The notes beneath the pieces were generated by a model. It worked only from the letters and a program-made list of their open reading frames with translations. It searched no databases and was not told the origin of the DNA. Shown here in pieces: positions 9,696 through 18,766 of a stretch of 64,000 nt of DNA. Within the stretch, counting starts at the first letter, position 1. Each line of letters opens with the position of its first letter. Source of the stretch: an uncultured Chloroflexia bacterium (GTDB taxonomy: Bacteria > Chloroflexota > UBA6077 > JACCZL01); the NCBI GenBank assembly GCA_963765765.1, contig CAVXYC010000020.1, forward strand, positions 829,363-893,362, read 5' to 3'. Both the position numbers and the translations under genes were made by a program.

Positions 9696-11045
9696 CTACC
9701 GACTTGCGCCTGAGGTCTGCAGCTCCTCGATGCGGCGGTGGAGCGCCTGGACCAGTGGCATCGCAGGCCCGTATCGATCCCCGTCGTCTTGATTAAATCC
9801 CTTATGGTACATCGCACGGAAGTTGGAGACGCCAGCAAGCTGTGATGACAGGGCTGGCATCAACTCTGGCGGCACGCCCGCTCCGTGGAGCATCGTACCC
9901 ATGGCCTCCGGATCGCGGAACACGTTCATCGGCTCTCCGCCTTGCTCAACGATGCGAATCTGCTCGTCGAGCTGACGGCGCAGAAAGATGACCGGGATGT
10001 CTGTGCGGCCCAATTTTTCTTTGGACCGATCCACGATATCGCCTTGAGACCACCAGGCAATCATGTCCTGGGCGAGCACGTAATCAAGAATCGGTTTGCC
10101 GTTTTCATCGTAAATTGGGCATTCGTAGTACGGCACAACCTCTTGTTCCGGAACTGGAATCTCCGGCGGTCCGGCGTACGCTTGATACGCGATGTGATAG
10201 GTGTGCGTATCATCAATCGGCACACGAATCTGGATCTCACTCCTCGGAGACCCGGCGGTACCTGTTTGCGTGATAAACGGAAACACGACGGTGCCGTGGC
10301 GGGAGATTTTATCGTCGTCCGCGCCCAGCTCCTTTGAGTACTCGATACCCTTTTCCATCCCGTACTGCGTCGCGCGCGCGTAGAGGCCCTTAATTCCAAT
10401 GCCCGTCTTAATGCGGGAGTAAAGTGTATGGCGAGGATCGTCGGCACGCTCCCCAAGAGTACCCATCTTTTCCAGGACGTACTTGAACAGCTGACCGTGA
10501 AGCCACACGCTGTGTGTCGGATCGCCGGTATTTTCCTGACACTGAAGCCAATTGCAGTTCAGCACCGAGATTCCGATTTGGCGGATGGTGTTCGGAGCAA
10601 CGAACAGATCCCACGGCGGTAGTAGAGGAGCGGGCTTGGGGCCGAGATAGGCGAACACTAAGCCGCCAAGCTCCTGCACCGGATAGCCGCCGATACTCAC
10701 GCGATCCTTGAACGTGCTCTTGGGATCCTCCAACGGTGTATCGAGACACTGTCCCTCATGTCCATAGAGCCATCCGTGGTACGGGCAGCGGAGGCCGATC
10801 TCGTCAGGTATGCCCCAACGCAGCTCAACGGCACGATGTGCACAGCGTTCGCCAACCAACCCAAGGCCACCCTGGCGATCGCGGTAAAGCACCAGGTCCT
10901 CGCCAAGGACACGTACCTTCCGCACTGGATCCTCGAGAAGCTGAGCAAGCGGAGCAATTGGGATCCAGTAGCGGCGCATCAGCTCGCCGCATGGCGTCCC
11001 CGGCCCAACGCGGGTCAATCGGTCGTTGGCTTCCTGACTGAGCAT
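9696..11045 (-). CDS. Second Rieske non-heme iron oxygenase alpha subunit (phthalate 4,5-dioxygenase/LigX-like group)
   Basis: MLSQEANDRLTRVGPGTPCG; CAHR...CPYHGW; ENTGDPTHSVWLH; AQD. Confidence 0.88.
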   Translation of the reverse strand: MLSQEANDRLTRVGPGTPCGELMRRYWIPIAPLAQLLEDPVRKVRVLGEDLVLYRDRQGGLGLVGERCAHRAVELRWGIPDEIGLRCPYHGWLYGHEGQCLDTPLEDPKSTFKDRVSIGGYPVQELGGLVFAYLGPKPAPLLPPWDLFVAPNTIRQIGISVLNCNWLQCQENTGDPTHSVWLHGQLFKYVLEKMGTLGERADDPRHTLYSRIKTGIGIKGLYARATQYGMEKGIEYSKELGADDDKISRHGTVVFPFITQTGTAGSPRSEIQIRVPIDDTHTYHIAYQAYAGPPEIPVPEQEVVPYYECPIYDENGKPILDYVLAQDMIAWWSQGDIVDRSKEKLGRTDIPVIFLRRQLDEQIRIVEQGGEPMNVFRDPEAMGTMLHGAGVPPELMPALSSQLAGVSNFRAMYHKGFNQDDGDRYGPAMPLVQALHRRIEELQTSGASR

Positions 11046-11060
11046 CTCAATCCCTTCAAA

Positions 11061-11120
11061 GTAACGAGTAGCGAGTAGTCGAACACACTTACTCGATACT
11101 GGCTACTCGTTATTGGTTAC
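11061..11120. repeat. Second heptamer repeat/hairpin (same family as 4366-4460)
   Basis: GTAACGAGTAGCGAGTAGTC...TACTCGATACTGGCTACTCGTTATTGGTTAC. Confidence 0.7.
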
Positions 11121-11124
11121 AAGA

Positions 11125-11337
11125 CTATTGGCCGGCGTCTTCTGCCAGCCCAACGATCTCGTAGTCCGTGAGCGAAGCTTCCGTGTTGAGCAGAGCGGCG
11201 TCGAAAGGCGCCTCCACGTATCGGGCCCGCACCGACGCGCCATCAGATGACGGCTCCAGCACTTCCGCGATTGAACCATCCTCGAGCATGACTCGCTGAC
11301 CGGACTCGAGGCTGCCAATATCCATAATGCTCTCCAC
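11125..11337 (-). CDS. Small acidic hypothetical protein (possible SH3-like beta barrel)
   Basis: 70-aa ORF with protein-like beta-strand pattern, co-oriented upstream of the Rieske gene; start may be MDIGSL at 11325. Confidence 0.55.
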   Translation of the reverse strand: MESIMDIGSLESGQRVMLEDGSIAEVLEPSSDGASVRARYVEAPFDAALLNTEASLTDYEIVGLAEDAGQ

Positions 11338-11469
11338 ACGGTTCTATGTCAGCCAATGGTACATCCGTGCCGGCGAATGCGGGAGATTCTTCCATCTGAA
11401 GTATGGCCGGTGTCGGTCCGGCTGACCGTCGGTATACAAGATACCCGCTCTACCGGAGCACGACTGTCG

Positions 11470-13401
11470 CTAGGTGCTCCCGTTTTGCCCTGGCGCTCCG
11501 TCCCGGTAGTTCCAGTATGCCGGGATGGTTTTCATGGGTGGACGCTCCATGTCTTCGAGCGCGCGTACCTCGACGTGGAATCCATCCGTGTCGTGCTGAA
11601 TCAGCTTCATGCTGGTGTTGACATCGGTGAGCAGGTGCACCCGTCGGCGCTCTTCCAGCCGACGCATCACGACCTGCAGGATCGTGAACGCCATGCCGCT
11701 CAGCGTGCTCAGCCCCTGATTCCGATGCACACGCCGCTTCAGATCAACTTGTCCGATCGCATCCAGGCCGGCGCGCTCCAGAATATCAATAAGGAGGCCC
11801 GTTTCCACGCCATAGCCAGTGAAAAACGGGAGCTGCTCCATCAATGGGCGACGGCCGGCGAACTCGCCAGCCAGCGGCTGGATGAGACCTGAGAGCTCCG
11901 GGAAAAAGAAGTTGAATAGCGGCCTGGCGGTGAGCTCGGTGACGCGTCCACCGCCTGTGGACTGCAGCGATCCGCCAACTCGGATGGGTCGCTTGTAAAA
12001 GCCCTTTACGTATTGAATACGCGGATAACGGAGCAACGGCCCGACGACACCGTACACAAACCGCGGATGGATATTCCTGATGTCGGTGTCAATCCAGGCT
12101 ACGATGTCGCCGCGCAGCACGTGCAGGCTTTTCCAGAGCGCTTCACCCTTCCCGCGACGCTCACCAACTTCTTTGGTGAGTATCTTCTGATGAATGTGAA
12201 CTGGAATGCCGAGATCAGCGGCGATCTCGCGCGTTCGGTCTTCGGATTGGCTATCGATCACCACCATCTCATCGAGCAGCGGGTAGCGGTCCACGAGGTC
12301 ACGCTTTACCGCCGCGAGAATGGCGCCAATCGTCTCCGCTTCGTTCAGCGCGGGAAGCCCCAGGCTAATGGTGATACCCTGCCGCTCCTTTAATCGCACG
12401 AGATCGGCGATGTTCTCAAACTCATCTGAATCAAACGTGTTCTCAGCGAACCACTTGTCCACTTTCGCCGTCAGATTCAGGCTCGGCGCCGCGCTCGGTC
12501 CGGTCGCCGGTGCAAGCCGCTCCCACTGCTCATGCGGGAGGTCCGCTGGCAAGCGTGTCTTGACTATCATGACGGTGCCGGGGAACGCTCCTGCGACCGA
12601 CTCAGTGATTGGACCGAAGACCGTGGCAGAGTCCGGACCGCCGGCCGCGGCGCCCATGATGATGACCTGATGGTCGCGGGCCTGCGAGAGAATGGCCTGT
12701 TCCACCGGGTCCGCGGCAACGTCAATGCGGCGAACGAGCGACTGGTCGGGCAGCGTGTTCAGCACGGCGTCGAACTCCGGGATCGACCGATACCGATTTC
12801 TGTCGCCTGGACCTACTGCCGCGACGTGCAGCGCTGTAATACGTGCCTGCTGGCGCTCGGCCATAATACCGGCCAGATGGGCAGCTAGTACGGCATTCGG
12901 CCCCCCGCGGACCGGTACGAGGATGCGGCGAATCTTGCCCCGGCCCGCGCCGCGAACTACCACGATGTCACACGGAGCGTTCGCCAGCACTTCGTCCACT
13001 GTCGTCCCGAACACTGAGTGACGTGAGTCGCTCCAGCCCTTCCAGCCCAGCATGATGAGATTGGCGCCTTCTTCGCGAGCCGCGTCAACGATCCCTTCCC
13101 AAACCTGGCGTGACACGCGTACGAGGCTTCTGAGCTCGATATTCGAGGTTGGTTGAAAGCGACGAAGGCGGCTGAGAAGGTCACGTTGCAGGCGAGCCCG
13201 AGCCGCGCCCTCGGTGAACATTGCGCTGTCCGGCACCTCAACCACGCCGAGCACGATGACCTTGGCGCGGCCCCGAGCATCAGCGCCTCCGCACAGTGCG
13301 GAGGCAATGCGCAGCAGAGGCCCAACCTGGCTGGGGTCGGCTACCGGAATCAGAATGCTCAGGTCCTGGCTTGTTACAGACCAGGAAGGAGCGTCAGACA
13401 T
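11470..13401 (-). CDS. gpgS: Glucosyl-3-phosphoglycerate synthase with N-terminal tandem universal stress protein domains
   Basis: C-terminal GT81 motifs LPALNEAETIG, GKGEALWKSL, WIDTDI, GGGRVTEL, QPLAGEFAG, GYGVE; N-terminal USP-like ILIPVAD / LIMLGW..FGTTVDEVLANAPCDIVVV / ILVPVRGGPNA; ATG 13401 overlaps the upstream stop. Confidence 0.85.
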   Translation of the reverse strand: MSDAPSWSVTSQDLSILIPVADPSQVGPLLRIASALCGGADARGRAKVIVLGVVEVPDSAMFTEGAARARLQRDLLSRLRRFQPTSNIELRSLVRVSRQVWEGIVDAAREEGANLIMLGWKGWSDSRHSVFGTTVDEVLANAPCDIVVVRGAGRGKIRRILVPVRGGPNAVLAAHLAGIMAERQQARITALHVAAVGPGDRNRYRSIPEFDAVLNTLPDQSLVRRIDVAADPVEQAILSQARDHQVIIMGAAAGGPDSATVFGPITESVAGAFPGTVMIVKTRLPADLPHEQWERLAPATGPSAAPSLNLTAKVDKWFAENTFDSDEFENIADLVRLKERQGITISLGLPALNEAETIGAILAAVKRDLVDRYPLLDEMVVIDSQSEDRTREIAADLGIPVHIHQKILTKEVGERRGKGEALWKSLHVLRGDIVAWIDTDIRNIHPRFVYGVVGPLLRYPRIQYVKGFYKRPIRVGGSLQSTGGGRVTELTARPLFNFFFPELSGLIQPLAGEFAGRRPLMEQLPFFTGYGVETGLLIDILERAGLDAIGQVDLKRRVHRNQGLSTLSGMAFTILQVVMRRLEERRRVHLLTDVNTSMKLIQHDTDGFHVEVRALEDMERPPMKTIPAYWNYRDGAPGQNGST

Positions 13402-14683
13402 GGATTCCCATCCCCGCACCGCCAGCCTCTCGAGCTGAGGCCATGGCGTCCACCATTGGTCGAAGCTGTCGCTCAAAAATCATCGACCAGTCGTACTGGC
13501 TCAGCGCGATGCGGTGCAGGCGTGCCTCTGCGTTGGTATCCAGGGTGTCCAACACGCGCTCCGCCGTATCGCTTGGTGCCTCGGTTAGATCGAAATAGTG
13601 CAAATGTTCTCCGGCAATGTCTCGGAAGGGCTGTATATCAGCGCAAAACGCGGGCAAGCGGGCAAGCCCGGCCTCTAGAATCGGCAATCCAAAACCTTCC
13701 TGGGCGGAAGGAAAGAAGAGCGCATCGGCCACGCGATAGAGCTCTCGCATCATGACATCGGAAGCGGCCCAGCTTCTACCCGATGGTCGACGGAGACGAT
13801 GAAGCATCACCAGGCTTTCAGTGACGCCTAGCGACCGGGCCATTGCGTCTAGCTCGTCCACATAGTCAATGGAGCGTGCATTATGGGGCCCTGGAGGCCC
13901 TGTTACAAGCAGAAGCGGTTGACATCCGGAATTTTTCAGTGAAGGGAGAATCCGTATTGCCTGCTCGATATTTTTACGTCGAGTAATACGTGCCGGAAGC
14001 AGCAGGAATGGATATGCGCTCCAGGCATCGATCTGACGGAGAAGATCTTGCGTCGCGCGGCTGAGACCGAGAAAGCGAGCGGCGTCGATTCCGTTGTTGA
14101 TCGCTACCACTGGCGAATCTCCGAAGAGCGCCGCAAGCTCTTTTGCTCGAAACTCTGAAACGGTCACGTAGCGAGTATGAGGAGTCGGGCGCTTGAGCAG
14201 GGTCCACGGCTCCTCTTCCCGCATCAGCGGTAGATAGAGAGGATTCGTCCACGAAAGATCGTGGCACCAGGCAATGAGATCGGTTCGACCGCGATGGGCT
14301 ATACGCTCCAGGGCGCAGGTGAGCGGAAGATTGAAATGCAGCGTGAGGGCGTTGTGCACGATGCAGATGTCGATGTCCTGGAGCGCCTCGCTCAGTGATT
14401 CGTCGATTCGGTGAACCAGCTCGTAGAAGGCCGCGCTCACAATGCCCTCCCGCAGCTCCGAGTTGATCCGCTCCAGAGCATCAAATCGGGAGTCAATAAG
14501 AGGGACTTGCCTTAGCGCGAGTCGCCGATCGAATCGGCCTCCACGCCCCACAATCGCAGTAACCGAGTATCCGGCGTCCAGGAACATTCTGGCGTGTGTG
14601 GCCAGAACAGTCTCTACGCCGCCAATGATAGGGGGGCAGCTGTAGTGCAGCATCCCCAGTCGCGGCAGCTTCGTCTGACTCAC
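13394..14683 (-). CDS. GT4 glycosyltransferase, mannosylglucosyl-3-phosphoglycerate synthase (MggA)-like
   Basis: LHYSCPPIIGGVE, HNALTLHFN, WCHD, PARITRRKNIE, FPSAQEGFGLPILEAG; translationally coupled to gpgS. Confidence 0.75.
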   Translation of the reverse strand: MSQTKLPRLGMLHYSCPPIIGGVETVLATHARMFLDAGYSVTAIVGRGGRFDRRLALRQVPLIDSRFDALERINSELREGIVSAAFYELVHRIDESLSEALQDIDICIVHNALTLHFNLPLTCALERIAHRGRTDLIAWCHDLSWTNPLYLPLMREEEPWTLLKRPTPHTRYVTVSEFRAKELAALFGDSPVVAINNGIDAARFLGLSRATQDLLRQIDAWSAYPFLLLPARITRRKNIEQAIRILPSLKNSGCQPLLLVTGPPGPHNARSIDYVDELDAMARSLGVTESLVMLHRLRRPSGRSWAASDVMMRELYRVADALFFPSAQEGFGLPILEAGLARLPAFCADIQPFRDIAGEHLHYFDLTEAPSDTAERVLDTLDTNAEARLHRIALSQYDWSMIFERQLRPMVDAMASAREAGGAGMGIHV

Positions 14684-14695
14684 CGCGCGGACCGG

Positions 14696-15371
14696 TTAGG
14701 AACCCTGACGCTCGGCCAGCACTGGCTGGCGCTCAGCGCGGCGTTCGGCCTGCTCCAGACGATGCTCCAGCTCCGCGACGCGCGCCTCAAGATGCTCGAT
14801 GACATCGAGCATCGGGTCAGGAAGTCGGGCGACCGGACGATCTTCGGGATAACGTTAGGCGCACTGTTCGTCCGGGCACTCCAACGACCGTAGAGCTGGG
14901 CGGCACGGAGGTCACAACTACCGAGCCGGCACCCACGGTGGAATCCTCGCCGACCTCGATCGCTCCGATGAGCTGGGCGTGGGAGCCAACGACCACTCCG
15001 TTGCGTAGCGTGGGGTGGCGCTTCTCTCGCAATCTACTTGTACCACCGATCGTGACGCCTTGGTGAAGCGTCACATTGTCGCCGATCTCAGACGTTTCCC
15101 CGATCACCACGCCCATACCATGATCGATGAACAATCCTTCTCCGATTCGCGCCGCGGGATGAATCTCGATGCCGGTGATGCCCCGATTCAAGTTGGAGAT
15201 CAGGCGCGGGAGAACCGGAACGTTTGCCCGGTGGAGTGCATGGGCGAGTCGATGAAACTGCCGGGCGTGAAAGCCCGGATAACACAACACGACTTCGAAG
15301 GCGGAGCTCGCCGCGGGATCGCGATCGAGCACGGCCTGGATATCTCGACGAATGCTCGCTAGCAATCCCAT
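14696..15371 (-). CDS. cysE: Serine O-acetyltransferase (apparent frameshift near 14850)
   Basis: RDPAA..EVVLCYPG, TGIEIHPAA, FIDHGMGVVIGET, KRHPTL hexapeptide repeats; shifted frame continues RLPDPMLDVIEHLEARVAELE...QGS* (stop 14696), the usual CysE tail. Confidence 0.88.
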
Positions 15372-15492
15372 TCCAAGCGCCTCTCCGGCCCCAGAATGGT
15401 AGCAGAGGGGAAAGCGATACGGGGTGAACTCACGGGGTCGCGGCTGGACTTCGGCGCTCAGAAATGGACCTGAGGGTCTCCAACGCGATGCG

Positions 15493-15960
15493 TTAGACGC
15501 GAATACGGGGGCGAATGGCAATAAAACCGTAGAGTGTCGGCTCGAACCTATTTGCGACCCGCAGATACTCCGCTTCATTGCCCTCAATCATGAGCTTGTG
15601 CATGAGTATGGTGTCCCCATCCGGAATCGGATCTACTGACTGCACGCACAGCGCCATGATGGGCACGCCGCCTTCGTACACTTTTACCTGCCCCTGGTGG
15701 CGAGGGATTCTATAGGTGCGCTTTTCTCGCGATGGGCTCCTGACCTCCAGGTAGCCACGATGATCCAGAGAGCGATACTCATCTTCGGACAGCACGTGCC
15801 GCAGGAGAGCCTCAGCTCGCTCCTGAGCCTCCCGCCACTCGGACCGACGTCCAACACCGGTGATCCCCCGCCCTGAGAGCATCCCGAAGGGTGCCCGACA
15901 CAACAGGAAGACGACGATCAGGATGAAGAGGAGCTCGATTCCAATCACGGTGACGATCAC
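15493..15960 (-). CDS. Hypothetical membrane-anchored protein, partner of the Gly-Gly-terminated protein
   Basis: N-terminal TM helix, then RAEALLR..LS..EY..L, RTYRI, LCVQ, PDGDTILMHKLMIE..EAEYLRVAN; GGAGG RBS lies inside the upstream gene end. Confidence 0.75.
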   Translation of the reverse strand: MIVTVIGIELLFILIVVFLLCRAPFGMLSGRGITGVGRRSEWREAQERAEALLRHVLSEDEYRSLDHRGYLEVRSPSREKRTYRIPRHQGQVKVYEGGVPIMALCVQSVDPIPDGDTILMHKLMIEGNEAEYLRVANRFEPTLYGFIAIRPRIRV

Positions 15961-15965
15961 CGTGC

Positions 15966-16220
15966 TTAACCTCCGGCACCTCCGGCGACTCGCGGGACCA
16001 TGATAATCTCACTGGCCGAAGGATTGAAGCTGTCGACCCGTTCGGCCGGCTTGCCTGGCGTTACGACAAACGCCGTTGCACCATGCTCGCGCTGCTCCTC
16101 AAAAATTCGCTCGGCCTCTCTCACGGCCGCGGACGCCTCAGGATCGCCCGTATCCGCGAGCTTTGAATCCCATTCCACAACCGAGTCACCCCGCGCTGAG
16201 AGAATTCGTAGTTTCGCCAT
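15966..16220 (-). CDS. Small protein ending in ...IIMVPRVAGGAGG (ThiS/MoaD/ubiquitin-like C-terminus)
   Basis: 84 aa; AAGGAG RBS; hydrophobic strand-P-x-V-A-G-G C-terminus. Confidence 0.75.
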   Translation of the reverse strand: MAKLRILSARGDSVVEWDSKLADTGDPEASAAVREAERIFEEQREHGATAFVVTPGKPAERVDSFNPSASEIIMVPRVAGGAGG

Positions 16221-16363
16221 CCCGTGCTCCTTCCCCGGAAGTCATTCGAACAGCAGTTGAGCCCGCCGCGCCCCGCGGCCTGCCCGTCAAATCAACCAGC
16301 GCCCCAGTCGCCCTGCCTACCTCAAGGTAGCTCCCAAGCAGACGAAAAGGCGCTCATACTGGC

Positions 16364-16391
16364 AGTATATCGCCGACGATTTACTTGTCAA
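16364..16391 (-). promoter_or_regulatory. Sigma70-type promoter for the Gly-Gly protein operon
   Basis: Minus strand TTGACA (16391-16386), 16-nt spacer, TATACT (16369-16364). Confidence 0.6.
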
Positions 16392-16528
16392 TGACTACAT
16401 CAACGCCCTTGGGGGCAGTCCGTTCATAGCCTCCATACGCCCACATCACTACTCGCTGAATCGGCCTTCAAGCGCCAATCGCCTTGCACGACGCGTGCCA
16501 ATCGGGCATTCCGAAACCAGAGATCTAA

Positions 16529-16564
16529 AAGATAAAGGGCGACCCTAGGATCGCCCTTTATCTT
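16529..16564. terminator. Intrinsic terminator after the efflux adaptor gene
   Basis: AAGATAAAGGGCGA-ccctagga-TCGCCCTTTATCTT; T-run follows on the minus strand. Confidence 0.75.
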
Positions 16565-16605
16565 CAATTGCACTGGATTTAGCGGCAAGCTCTGCCGCGA
16601 CCGAT

Positions 16606-18764
16606 TTAACCCTCGGGACTCTCTCCCGCAAGCGAATTGCTATTCCTTACCTGGACCGGACTGCCATCATTTAGCACGTCCAATCCCGAGGTTGCCACAA
16701 CGGCATCTCCACTAAGGCCCTGAACGATCTCAGTTCGCTGGCCATCGGAAACTCCGGTAGTCACCTCACGCAGACGCACCTGGTTGTCCTGCAGCAGGAA
16801 TACCACGGTTCGACCTGAGCGTGTTGCCAGCGCCTGATTGGGTACCAGTAGCGTCGCTCGCGGTGGGGCCGTCACGCTTACCTGAGCGAACATTCCATCT
16901 CTCAGTTTTCCCTCTGGATCGTTGGGCAAAATGCGGACGGCAAACGTACGGGAACGTGGATCCGCTGTCGGTGCGACACTCGCTACTTGCGCCGGAACTG
17001 GCTGCCCCGGGTATGCCGCGACGCTGACCTGAGCGGGCTGGCCCGCACGGAGCTGACCAATGCGCGCTTCCTCGACCTGAAGTACGATCTCCACGTCCCG
17101 GGAGACAAGCTGAACAACTGGGGTATTTGGTGCCACAATGGCCCCAGGGCTCACGAACTTCTGCGCCACCACGCCCTTGAAGGGTGCACGGACGAGAGAT
17201 TCACCCTGCTGTACCTTTGATGCTTCGAGTGCAGCCGAGGCCTGGTCAACCTGCGAGGCCGCGATGAGTATGTCCTCCGCGGTGAACGGTCGCTTGCGAG
17301 CATCGAGCTGAGCCTGCGTCTGATCGACCTGAGCCTGAGACGCACGAACGTCGTACGAGCTCACGTTGATTAGCCTGCTCAACGTTGCCTGCTCGCGGGA
17401 AAGCGCTTCCTCGGCTCCACGAACGTCGAAGTCACTTGGGAAGCGGGCCGAATCGACACGCGCTTGGGTGGCGTCGACGTTTGTTTGTGCACTTTCGACC
17501 TGGGCGCCTAACCGGTCCACTTCAGCCTTCGCCTGGCCAACTCGAAGCTCGAGCGTGGCCAGATCGTCGTCCCACCGAACCTCAGCTTGGCAAGGTTGGC
17601 TTCGCGCTCGCGGATCACGGACTCCTGCTGCTGAAGCTCCTGAACCGTGGGTCCATTTCTCGTCTTCTCGAGCTGAGTCACGGCCGCCTGAACGGCGACC
17701 TCAGCGCCAGAAACAAGATTGGAAAGTCGCTCACGCTCAGAGCTAGGACAATCCTGACGGCTGCGAGATTCGTTGTTGCTCTTCGACGTGGAGCTCGATG
17801 AGCCAATAGCGTTCTTCGTTGACGTCCTGTTCGTGGACTCACTCCGCGTAGTGGTCGTCGTCTTGCCGCAGGCGTCAAGGGCATCCTTCGCAGCCTCGAG
17901 GAGAACGCGCTGGCGTTCAACCTCAAGCTGGGACGATCGTAAGTCCTCGGGACGCGGCGTGTTCTTGAGCTGGTCCAAACGTTGCTTGGCGTTATCGACC
18001 TGTGCCTGAGCAGCGGCGATGTCTTCGACACGAGTGCCTGGACCGCCAAGTCCTTGCTGGGCTTGATTGAAGCGGTAGTTTGCTTCTTCGTAGACGGCTC
18101 TGGCCGCCGCGTGCTGAGCTCGAACGGCCTCTACGGCGGACCGAGCCTGATCTACCGCGGCCTGCAAGGGCGCGAGATCATCGTCCTTAGCGCCACTTCG
18201 AACCTGCTCCAGGCGATTCGAAGCGGCATTTACCACAGCTCGCTGGCCCTGGACTTCCTCCGGCCTAGCTCCGGAGCGAACCTGCTCCAATCGAGCTTGA
18301 GCACTCCGTACGCCAGCCTCAGCGGCGGAAATGTCCTCTATCTTGGCGCCCGCTTGTGTCGAGGTCAGGCGAGCCTGAGCCACGCTCACCGCGGCCTCCG
18401 CCTGGGTCACCTGCGCATCGAGCGTCGCATGGTCGAGCTCGCCGATGACCTCGCCCACGTCCAGCTCGTCGCCAATGTCAGCGTAGAGCTGTTCCAGGCG
18501 TCCCTGCACCTTAGGTACAACGTTGACTGAAGCGCGGCTTTGAACGTTCCCTGAATAGGCTAGCAAGGCACCAATGTCACCAAGCTGCACTGGAGCCGTC
18601 GTTACCTGCACGGCTGGGGGGCCACTTCGCTCCGGTTTTGCTGCAGGCTGTTGCGGCGCAAATGGACCAATGCACCCGGCGACCAGCCCTGTAGCCAGCG
18701 TTGCACCGAGCACCAGACTCAGCCGCCGGCCTGCTCCGCTCTGTGGGATTCTCGCTGTGGTCAT
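16606..18764 (-). CDS. Efflux RND/ABC periplasmic adaptor (membrane fusion protein) lipoprotein with very long coiled coil; frameshift near 17560-17575
   Basis: Lipobox LVAG-C; VVPKVQGRLEQLYADIGD; heptad repeats; VRAPFKGVV, DPRSRTF, LRDGMFA, LLVPNQAL, VTTGVSDG in the second ORF. Confidence 0.85.
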
Positions 18765-18766
18765 AG

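Noticed and set aside
16221-16360. Riboswitch or T-box in the leader of the Gly-Gly operon
   Set aside because: Only a small CTACC-ttga-GGTAG hairpin; no SAM, T-box, TPP or Moco consensus recognised by eye.
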